Shown here: positions 7,883 to 14,750 of the stretch, piece after piece
How the letters are laid out: each line of letters begins with the position of its first letter
Position numbering within the stretch: the stretch's first letter is position 1
Virus record (IMG/VR): IMGVR_UViG_3300045988_121638
Coordinates: 1-37,707 of that record
Source of the DNA: a virus
Length of the DNA stretch: 37,707 nucleotides
Reading direction: 5' to 3' (one strand)
Program-made: the position numbers and the translations under genes
The notes under the pieces: model-generated
The model's input: only the letters and a program-made list of their open reading frames with translations
What the model was told of the DNA's origin: nothing
Database searches by the model: none

Positions 7883-8272
7883 GCTCAGCCATTAAAGATA
7901 GAGCTTAATAAGTACTCTAAAACCATATTGGACAAATACAAGGACATAAAGGGTATCTATGCGCTTCCTGTCCCTGTCAACCAACGGATGAACAAGTATA
8001 TAAAAGAAGTATGTGCAGTCTGCGAAGTCAATGAACCGGTGTGCATAACCTATTACAAGGGTTCGGAAAGAATAGATGAGATACATCCCAAACACGAATT
8101 AATCGGCACACATTGCGGAAGGAAAACCTTTATATGCAACGCGCTCATGCTAGGCATCGCGCCTAATATTGTGATGAAATGGACAGGCCACAGAGATTAC
8201 AAGTCCATGAAACCCTATATTGACATAGCAGACAAAGTAAAACAGGAAGCTATGACTCTCTTTAATCGTTAG
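7883..8272 (+). pseudogene. int: C-terminal ~125 aa of the same tyrosine integrase, on the opposite strand
   Basis: The frame is open from 7883. ...PLKIELNKYSKTILDKYKDIKGIYALPVPVNQRMNKYIKE...IGTHCGRKTF...MKWTGHRDYKSMKPYI carries the HxxR and H...Y catalytic residues. The track ORF 7928..8272 starts at an internal TTG. Confidence 0.8.
7887..7894. repeat. right copy of the 8-bp inverted repeat at the inversion breakpoint (AGCCATTA)
   Basis: Reverse complement of 5942..5949. It lies directly after the left arm of a local 8-bp inverted repeat TTAAGCTC (7879..7886) / GAGCTTAA (7901..7908). Confidence 0.6.
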
Positions 8273-8282
8273 TCCCTATTTT

Positions 8283-8314
8283 AGTCCCCGATTTCATCAA
8301 ACCGGGGACTTTTA
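8283..8314 (+). terminator. intrinsic terminator after the integrase 3' end
   Basis: AGTCCCCG (8283..8290) - 12-nt loop - CGGGGACT (8303..8310), followed by TTTT. It sits between convergent genes. Confidence 0.6.
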
Positions 8315-8319
8315 CCAAT

Positions 8320-8529
8320 CTATTTATCCTCTATAAAATCAACCCTGCAACCCAGCGCATGCCCAATCTTTGCAAGGATATCTATACCTGTACTATACCT
8401 GCCAAGCTCTATACGTGCTATGTGACCCGGATCAATGCCGGCTAACTCAGCCAACTTCACTTGGGACAATCCTCTTTGCTTTCTAAGTTCGGCAATACGC
8501 TTGCCGATACGTCCTCTCTCATCCATCAT
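8320..8529 (-). CDS. XRE-family HTH transcriptional regulator
   Basis: 69 aa. IGKRIAELRKQRGLSQVKLAELAGIDPGHIARIELGR is a textbook Cro/C1-type HTH. Confidence 0.8.
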   Translation of the reverse strand: MMDERGRIGKRIAELRKQRGLSQVKLAELAGIDPGHIARIELGRYSTGIDILAKIGHALGCRVDFIEDK

Positions 8530-8732
8530 CTTACAACTGCATCTTCAATTATTGCACTGTATGGCCTTCCCATCTGGTCCTTAACGTTAGAACGCTCCAA
8601 GTCGATGGTCAACCCTTCAAGATTAATACCCGCTTCTTCTGCCAGCTCTCTTACATGATCTTCGTCACGCGCAATTGCGTGATAAAGTACAGTTTCATAA
8701 TGATTCTCTTCGTAGATATTGTATGAGTTCAT
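8526..8732 (-). CDS. hypothetical small acidic protein, translationally coupled to the XRE gene
   Basis: 68 aa. Its stop overlaps the XRE start (ATGA at 8526..8529). Confidence 0.5.
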   Translation of the reverse strand: MNSYNIYEENHYETVLYHAIARDEDHVRELAEEAGINLEGLTIDLERSNVKDQMGRPYSAIIEDAVVR

Positions 8733-8788
8733 AATCTTATATTTTATAAAATTGAAAATTGCTTGTTTATTAATTCAAATAATAAAAC

Positions 8789-9028
8789 TTATTTTTCCCA
8801 AATTGGTTTGTGAAAGCTAAACTTATCGTTATCTCTATTGTAATGGACATAGCCGCTCTTTATCACATTAGAATCTTTCTCTATGAAATATAGTGAATCG
8901 CCGTAAGAATCATTTTTTTGAGCCATTTCTTTAGCTTCTTCTACTGCTACTTTACGAGCTTCTTTTATAGTGTTTGCTAAAATTTTTTTATTATCGCTTA
9001 ACCCTTCTATATATACTGTATACTTCAT
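8789..9028 (-). CDS. hypothetical small protein (AT-rich)
   Basis: 79 aa ATG-started ORF, Lys/Glu-rich, in an AT-rich stretch. No motif recognised. Confidence 0.45.
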   Translation of the reverse strand: MKYTVYIEGLSDNKKILANTIKEARKVAVEEAKEMAQKNDSYGDSLYFIEKDSNVIKSGYVHYNRDNDKFSFHKPIWEK

Positions 9029-9075
9029 ATTCCGTACCCGTCATGCCGATAGCGCAGCATTTAATATATAACCAA

Positions 9076-9354
9076 TTAAAACATTTTACCTTTTAAAATA
9101 TCACTGATATATAGCACGAAGTTCTTATCACTTAAAGTATCATCAGCGAAGAAGTTGAATAGGAGACCATTTCCAAGAGCTTGTATCTTCCCAAAGGCCG
9201 CTACCATCAAATTAGACACTTGTTCTTGGTTTGCTTGTGGGGCCTCTTTAATCAATCTATCCATTCTCGCTCTTACATCGAGAAGCATAATGTCATGTGC
9301 GTTTTTACGGCCTTCTGCTGTTTTGTTTAATTCTTTATATGTATTAGGTGTCAT
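9076..9354 (-). CDS. hypothetical small protein
   Basis: 92 aa ATG-started ORF. No motif recognised. Confidence 0.45.
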   Translation of the reverse strand: MTPNTYKELNKTAEGRKNAHDIMLLDVRARMDRLIKEAPQANQEQVSNLMVAAFGKIQALGNGLLFNFFADDTLSDKNFVLYISDILKGKMF

Positions 9355-9422
9355 AATCTTAATGCCGCTTATCCGTTGCCGCCGGTTCTATTGTTATTTT
9401 GATGCTGCAAAGATAAGCGTTT

Positions 9423-9456
9423 ATTTTCTTACTGCAAAATATTACAGTAAGAAAAT
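9423..9456. promoter_or_regulatory. perfect 12-bp inverted repeat (candidate operator or RNA hairpin)
   Basis: ATTTTCTTACTG (9423..9434) - 10 nt - CAGTAAGAAAAT (9445..9456), in the 142-bp gap between ORFs 9076..9354 and 9497..9979. No U-tract on either strand. Confidence 0.4.
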
Positions 9457-9496
9457 TCATAATGACTGCGTTTTTTAACATTTAGAATGCCTACAC

Positions 9497-9979
9497 CTAC
9501 TTCCTGGCGTCATACATTGCAGCCATATACACCCATATCTTGCCTTGTGGGGCGTCCTCGTCGGCAAAGTAAAACCTATGGGCACCCTTGAGGATCTGAG
9601 CATCATCACAGACCATACACATATCGGCATAAAATGAGTTAAACGCGACATACTTATCCCACTTGGTTGTACCCGAAGGAAAAGACATTCCCCTTGCAGC
9701 TTCCTCTATCTGATCGGCAGTCCAATGGGCACCGGTTCTTTTCTCACCGGACGGTCCTGTATAACGTATACCCTCTACATCCATTTCGGCAAAATTCCTG
9801 TCGTAGTGGTTGCCGTACAGTATGGAGTGCTGCTTGCGCATAAACCGCCAGTATTCGTCCGGATGCTCATCCCTGAGGATACACAGCATATCACTCAATG
9901 TGTCCACGCTCTGCCACATTGCCTTGTCGGAGGCTACACCGTTAGCCTTGGCATCCCTAATCATATCCTTATATTCCAT
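9497..9979 (-). CDS. hypothetical protein (160 aa from the first ATG)
   Basis: The track ORF begins with TTG at 10048. The first ATG (MEYKDMIRDAKANG...) is at 9979. Trp/Tyr-rich globular sequence, no family recognised. Confidence 0.55.
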   Translation of the reverse strand: MEYKDMIRDAKANGVASDKAMWQSVDTLSDMLCILRDEHPDEYWRFMRKQHSILYGNHYDRNFAEMDVEGIRYTGPSGEKRTGAHWTADQIEEAARGMSFPSGTTKWDKYVAFNSFYADMCMVCDDAQILKGAHRFYFADEDAPQGKIWVYMAAMYDARK

Positions 9980-10107
9980 GTCGTTAATATTATATATTAT
10001 CAATCTGTTTTGTTTTCTCGGAGCACTTGTGACAATTTGATATACCAAAAGACTTCTTTTTGCCTATCAAATTGTCACAGCAAACGTTTGTTTTTACTTT
10101 CAATATG

Positions 10108-10554
10108 TCATTCCATCATCAGTTTCTTAAGCTCTATCAGGTCGGCATCTGTTATCCTGATAGCCCCTGTATTGCCAAACAGGATATTCGACACCGGATT
10201 ATCGGGAAGAGCAATGCGGATATTCCCCTTACCTATAGTTCCACGGATAAAACCTTTCCCGAACGGCATCTCATCCATCTCGCGAAACATTACTATGAGG
10301 TCATTAAACAGCATATCCGCATCAATGTTGCCATTTTCATCGCACAAAAACAAAGAGGCATTGTCAATCATTGTATTCAGGTTGTCTCTTTCTTTGGCGA
10401 TATAGTTTTTTGCACCCCTTTTCAGGTACACCGAAGCGACCTTCAGCTTCGGGTTAGCCTCAACCAGCGTGTCAATCCTATCATCAATCCACAGCAATAG
10501 CGAATCAGCCATCTTGTCCTTAATCTCTGTTATACTTTTCTTTGCTTCCATCAT
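10108..10554 (-). CDS. hypothetical protein
   Basis: 148 aa. Start/stop overlap with the upstream gene (10551..10554). Confidence 0.55.
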   Translation of the reverse strand: MMEAKKSITEIKDKMADSLLLWIDDRIDTLVEANPKLKVASVYLKRGAKNYIAKERDNLNTMIDNASLFLCDENGNIDADMLFNDLIVMFREMDEMPFGKGFIRGTIGKGNIRIALPDNPVSNILFGNTGAIRITDADLIELKKLMME

Positions 10555-11036
10555 TTTTTTGATTTAGATTGAGGTTTTCCATTCTTCCAGTCGATGAACT
10601 CCTGCCATGTCATATCACTATGTTCCGTCACGTACTCCCTGAACAGAGCATCACGCCTGGCGGTCTCTTCCTTGGCTGTTTTCGATGCCCGCCTTACAAA
10701 TGATAACTGCTGCTCCAATATGGCCTTACCTTCGGCAGACGCTTCTATCCTGCCCTTGACCAGCAGAAGCAGTTCGGCATTAACCATCTCCTGTATAGCC
10801 ATGCTGTTATCGTAATATTCCTTGTTGTTGCTCAGGATGCCGCGCTCCTGATCATTGAGAGATGATACAATACGGTCTATCTCATCCCAAACAGGAGTTG
10901 CGGTATGCTGTACGGGCTGCGTCTTGGGAAACTGCTGCAAAGCCTGTAACTTCTGCTGGTACGTCTCATTTTCCTGCGCCAACTGTTCCAGGTTACGCCC
11001 GGATGTAAGTAGAGGGTCATTTTCAAACATATTCAT
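10551..11036 (-). CDS. hypothetical coiled-coil protein
   Basis: 161 aa, Gln/Glu-rich N-terminal helix (LEQLAQENETYQQKLQALQQ). Confidence 0.55.
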   Translation of the reverse strand: MNMFENDPLLTSGRNLEQLAQENETYQQKLQALQQFPKTQPVQHTATPVWDEIDRIVSSLNDQERGILSNNKEYYDNSMAIQEMVNAELLLLVKGRIEASAEGKAILEQQLSFVRRASKTAKEETARRDALFREYVTEHSDMTWQEFIDWKNGKPQSKSKK

Positions 11037-11054
11037 TATTTTTTGTCAGTGGTT

Positions 11055-11093
11055 AATAAAGAAAGTGGTATGCCCCCGAAGGGACTTACCACT
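11055..11093 (-). terminator. intrinsic terminator after the 257-aa gene
   Basis: Minus-strand RNA AGUGGUA-A-GUCCC-UUCG-GGGGC-A-UACCACU followed by UUCUUUAUU. A 12-bp interrupted stem with a UUCG tetraloop, 15 nt after the stop at 11109. Confidence 0.6.
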
Positions 11094-11108
11094 AACGTTT
11101 CTTACGCC

Positions 11109-11882
11109 TTACGCGCTTGGCGCGGTTGACTGCGGGCGGCAGTTGCATCCGTAAGGGTTCGCCCCTTCCAGCACGCTGACTGTCGGGGTTGAAGGCAAAC
11201 CCACCACACCATAGATTGCACGGCATGTCTTGCGGTCCGTATAGCACATGCTTTCCTTCAGGACGCTATCCATGCCCATCTGAATGATCTTGTTCTGGTA
11301 CAGGTTGGCAACTTCCATTCCGTATACCTTCTTGTCCAGCTCACAGAACTTGGCGGAGTAACGCTCATTAAGTGTGTCGTAAAGGTCACGCTGTCCCTTG
11401 TACAGTCCGAATGCGGCTGTGTTCAGCTTGTCATTCATGTTGTCGTACAGATCACGGGAAACCTTGTAATTTCCGAAGTCACCGTCTACCTGTGACTTGT
11501 AGAGCTGCCATTTCTCGTTAATGTCTATCTCGCGATGTGCGTACATCTGTTCCTGAGTGTTGACTTTAAGTCCCCAAATGGTATTGGTCAAACTCAAAGC
11601 TTCCTCACATCCCTTCTCCCACGCCTGAAATGCCGTAGGAGCCACACCCGAACGTCCGGCAATGGCATCGCTGACCGTATTGATGTTTACGTTTTCCGGC
11701 ATACCGCCACCGCCTCCAAAAATGCGGCCTCCGCGACCCCATAATGCGGCTGCACCCAGAGCCGTACCGATAATACCGGTAGTCAATGCTGCGTTACCCA
11801 CGCCCTTAGAAGCATATTCCTTACGATCTTCGCCATGGACATACTCCTTTTCTTTGATTACTTGTTTTAGTTCTGCTTCCAT
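11109..11882 (-). CDS. membrane-associated protein of unknown function
   Basis: 257 aa. Hydrophobic Gly/Ala-rich segment GNAALTTGIIGTALGAAALWGRGGRIFGGGGG, an internal duplicated RDLYD motif, and a Cys-containing C-terminus. Confidence 0.6.
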   Translation of the reverse strand: MEAELKQVIKEKEYVHGEDRKEYASKGVGNAALTTGIIGTALGAAALWGRGGRIFGGGGGMPENVNINTVSDAIAGRSGVAPTAFQAWEKGCEEALSLTNTIWGLKVNTQEQMYAHREIDINEKWQLYKSQVDGDFGNYKVSRDLYDNMNDKLNTAAFGLYKGQRDLYDTLNERYSAKFCELDKKVYGMEVANLYQNKIIQMGMDSVLKESMCYTDRKTCRAIYGVVGLPSTPTVSVLEGANPYGCNCRPQSTAPSA

Positions 11883-11941
11883 AATAACTTGTATTTTGTA
11901 TTGCAGCCCTTCGTTGGGCTACATGCAAAGAAAGCCATAAT

Positions 11942-12238
11942 TCAGCGGCAAATGAAATACTTGCTTGCAATATACTTGCTGATTACTTGCCAATTGCTTG
12001 CCACAATCCACTTGCTTAATTTTGCCCTGTTGGAGCGGATATAAGATACACCCTGCCTGGTCCTGTGTATGACCCTGCCAATTTCCTCATCGGTCATCAT
12101 CTTGGATAACGCCATTACAAGGAGGTATCAGGCATCGGCACACTCTTCGCGGTTGCTATGCAATATGTCAGCCTCATCAATACCTGTAACATCACATACC
12201 GTAATTATGACATCCTGATATAATTCCTCTATTCTCAT
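11942..12238 (-). pseudogene. small DnaA-domain-IV-like HTH gene interrupted by an in-frame TGA
   Basis: ATG at 12238: MRIEELYQDVIITVCDVTGIDEADILHSNREECADA-TGA(12128..12130)-YLLVMALSKMMTDEEIGRVIHRTRQGVSYIRSNRAKL... to a stop at 11942..11944. The TGA falls where related HTH proteins have Arg (..A-R-Y/Q-L/I..), and CGA to TGA is a single change. Confidence 0.45.
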
Positions 12239-12258
12239 CGATACTTTTTTTAAAGATT

Positions 12259-12310
12259 GGAAAACAAAACACCCAAAACCTTGTTTACAACTAAAGGAAG
12301 CCGTAAACAA
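12259..12310 (-). terminator. intrinsic terminator downstream of the antirepressor gene
   Basis: Minus-strand RNA UUGUUUAC - 14 nt - GUAAACAA followed by GGUUUUGGGUGUUUUGUUUU. It lies inside the N-terminal extension of track ORF 12128..12310, which supports the 12238 start. Confidence 0.5.
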
Positions 12311-12461
12311 TGCCTTGGGTGTTCATCTCCTGTCGACTGTCAATCATTAAGGAGGACGGCTTTCTTTTTATTCTAAGCCGTAAAAGAACTGCTCTTGTTA
12401 TTTACTACGCTTCTACTCGTAGTATGCGAGAATAATTCCCGATTTGATGTCTTATTTCATC

Positions 12462-13161
12462 TCACCCTCCCTTCTGATAAAGATTAATAATTCCGTCACG
12501 ACCAATACCGGTTATCTTCCTATGATAAATTATACGTCCGCTGTCCAGCTCTTCCTGCTTGATTTCAAACCACGCCAAATTCGCATAACCGGCACAAGGC
12601 ACCCATGTTCCGTTTACCTTATACTGTACTTTCTCGCTCTCAAGCCATCTGTTCAACTCAGCAGCCGAACGCATACCTATTTCTTTTGCAACTTCCGTAG
12701 CCGTATAGGTTTTGTTCGTATGGGTCAGGATGGCTATATGCTGCTCTGCATCCCTTCTCTTGGATTGCTCATTCTTAAGTTGCGTCGCCAAACGTATAAT
12801 GGTATCCGGATTGCTCAATACCTCTTCTATCTTGTCGGGTGTAAGATAACCGCCATGTTTGCGGATAGAAGGCAGAACTTCGCCACATACCCAATCCTGG
12901 AAAGGTTCGGCTTGTGGCTTATCTGAGCGCATAATCGTTTTATAGAGGTTCTTTTCGCTTATATATAAGCTGCTGTACACCCCCATTTGTAGGGGTGTCA
13001 ATCAAACTTATACCCTTTGCATCTAACCTCTGTTTGGTCATACCTGTATGTAAATCAAGTATCCTACAAATATCCGCAAGGCAGAATAACGGTTCTTCAC
13101 CGGTCCCGGCTACTCTCACTTCGCCAAAAACCTCATTCTTAAAAATCTGAATATCGTCCAT
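12462..13161 (-). pseudogene. Bro-N / KilAC (ANT) antirepressor gene with a frame break in a (TA)4 run
   Basis: Frame A (12940..13161): MDDIQIFKNEVFGEVRV..EPLFCLADICRILD...TPTNGGVQQLIY then a stop. Frame B (12462..13001) continues ISEKNLYKTIMRSDKPQAEPFQDWVCGEVLPSIRKHGGY plus a KilAC-type C-terminus. Together they form one canonical Bro-N+ANT protein. The switch is at TATATATA, 12960..12967. Confidence 0.75.
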
Positions 13162-13171
13162 ATTATACGTT

Positions 13172-13621
13172 TTACCAAATTCTATAACTTAATCCAACCA
13201 CGACAGCCGGTGATAGCCCATCCTTGCCAAATCCATAGCCGGCAGTGATTGACATACCCCATCTACGAGGTTTCATTTTCATCACATGATGGATATCATT
13301 AGTAACCGTGACAGTCTTAGGATATACCTTCAAACTGTCCAAGTTCGGGTTATAGCCACTGACATAAGCCGTATAGTTACTGTCCCGGTATATCTTCTGC
13401 TCGACAGGGAGCACCGTATCACCTACATGGATAGTATCGCCCGTGTGCCAGCAAATCAAAGGAGTGGGCAGGTAGTAGGGAACCGTATCCCTTCTTATTA
13501 CAAGGCTTGAACTGAATACCGTATCCGTTCTTGCCTCTATAACTGCTTCGGGGGATGGCTTTGCAAACCATCCTAAACCGAAAGCGAGTACAATCAGTAA
13601 TATGTAAGGAAGCCATTTCAT
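13172..13621 (-). CDS. membrane-anchored lysis-cassette protein (spanin-like by position)
   Basis: The first ATG at 13621 gives MKWLPYILLIVLAFGLGWF (signal anchor). The track start at 13654 is TTG. It lies immediately downstream of the lysin gene. Confidence 0.5.
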   Translation of the reverse strand: MKWLPYILLIVLAFGLGWFAKPSPEAVIEARTDTVFSSSLVIRRDTVPYYLPTPLICWHTGDTIHVGDTVLPVEQKIYRDSNYTAYVSGYNPNLDSLKVYPKTVTVTNDIHHVMKMKPRRWGMSITAGYGFGKDGLSPAVVVGLSYRIW

Positions 13622-13660
13622 TTCAACTTGTTTTTTAGCCTGCAACCCTGCCAAGCTGCT

Positions 13661-14068
13661 CTATACAATTTCAATTGTAATGCTTTCTCCCCCTCTCTGC
13701 GCATCCTCTATCAGCACATTGAGCTTATCGGATGTATATCGGGATTCGGTCAATCGCCCGACTTCCGTATTCCTTCCGACAAGTATGCAGCCGGCAGAGT
13801 CATCGGCAGTATTCCCCGGATGTATCAAGATGCCTTCAAAGGCAGGGACGTTAAGCAATCGTGGCAGGTTTCTGCCAAACTTGGGAGACCAATTATATAC
13901 CACCTTATACTCTCCGTAAGGGATGGCGGTTTTGCCATATACCTTCTTTTCATTGCTCAAATCACGGACGGTGTCTTCCAATGTGTTACAGAAAAACTTT
14001 CCGTCTACGAACAGCCTGCCCACCGTATAAGCGGGTTTCTTCCATAATCTTTCTACTCTTAATTTCAT
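13661..14068 (-). CDS. DUF5675-like protein, putative endolysin
   Basis: 135 aa. ...YTVGRLFVDGKFFCNTLEDTVRD....K.YGKTAIPYGEYKV....SPKFGRNLPRLLNVPAFEGILIHPGNTADDSAGCILVG matches my memory of DUF5675. It sits between the holin and a membrane protein. Confidence 0.55.
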   Translation of the reverse strand: MKLRVERLWKKPAYTVGRLFVDGKFFCNTLEDTVRDLSNEKKVYGKTAIPYGEYKVVYNWSPKFGRNLPRLLNVPAFEGILIHPGNTADDSAGCILVGRNTEVGRLTESRYTSDKLNVLIEDAQRGGESITIEIV

Positions 14069-14156
14069 ATTATATATTTTTTATATTTAATAATTTATGT
14101 ATGTTTGCGACAGTATTTAATTATACTGCTTTTCATAAAAGGTATGACGATAACTA

Positions 14157-14183
14157 TGCCGGTATAGCGATACCGGCTTTTTT
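14157..14183 (+). terminator. terminator-like hairpin with a U-tract only in the plus-strand sense
   Basis: GCCGGTAT-agcg-ATACCGGC followed by TTTTTTT on the plus strand. It abuts the stop of the minus-strand holin gene. Confidence 0.4.
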
Positions 14184-14629
14184 TATTCCTTCTTTTCCTC
14201 CTTCTTTGATTCAAACAATATCCGTGCAGCCAATTTTGCGATTTCTTCCTTGTTTTCAATTATCACACTCATTGTTTTCTCTGCTTTCCTCAATTCCGCC
14301 TTTTCCCATGATTTTTCCCTTACCGATATAAATTCGCAAAAGATGCAGTAGCCGGTCCAAATCATTGAGAATGCAGGAAATGGGATGACAACACAGCATA
14401 GCAGGTCTATGAAGCATAATTGGATAAATGGGGTAAAGTATTTTTTTGCCTTAACTGCCGTTTTTTTATAACCTGTCGACCTTCTCGCTTCACCTCTCTG
14501 ACGGGCTTTCATAGCTCCCGTCACAAGGTCAACGAACATAGCGCCAATAGTAGCGGTGACACATAAGGCAATCAACACGATGTGTATCATCATGTGCTGC
14601 TGGATAAAATTGTAAATAGCATCTTTCAT
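14183..14629 (-). CDS. holin (phage_holin_4-like)
   Basis: 148 aa. TM segments (MIHIVLIALCVTATIGAMFVDLVTG; FIQLCFIDLLCCVVIPFPAFSMIWTGYCIF), the motif DLVTGAMKA....GEARRSTGYKKT, and a charged C-tail. Confidence 0.7.
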   Translation of the reverse strand: MKDAIYNFIQQHMMIHIVLIALCVTATIGAMFVDLVTGAMKARQRGEARRSTGYKKTAVKAKKYFTPFIQLCFIDLLCCVVIPFPAFSMIWTGYCIFCEFISVREKSWEKAELRKAEKTMSVIIENKEEIAKLAARILFESKKEEKKE

Positions 14630-14711
14630 TTTGTCTGTTTTTAAGATTAATACTATATTTGCATGTGTTTTTCATAACCCAACAGACCTGGCGAGGTTTG
14701 CATAAGTTTTT

Positions 14712-14746
14712 TCCCTGCATACCTTCGCAGGCAGCAGGGAGTTTTT
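14712..14746 (+). terminator. terminator-like hairpin between the tail-fibre and holin genes, U-tract in the plus sense
   Basis: TCCCTGC (14712..14718) - 15 nt - GCAGGGA (14734..14740), then G TTTTT. A T6 run precedes it. Confidence 0.3.
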
Positions 14747-14750
14747 ATGT

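Noticed and set aside
9725-10405. Long plus-strand ORFs antisense to minus-strand genes (9725..10405, 20636..21364, 6380..6907, 13628..14047, 12444..12926 and similar)
   Set aside because: They overlap well-supported minus-strand genes and have low-complexity, stop-avoiding shadow composition with no recognisable motifs.
12239-12310. N-terminal extension of track ORF 12128..12310 (MFTASFSCKQGFGCFVFQSLKKVS)
   Set aside because: This stretch is a hairpin plus U-tract terminator on the minus strand. The ATG at 12238 is the more plausible start.
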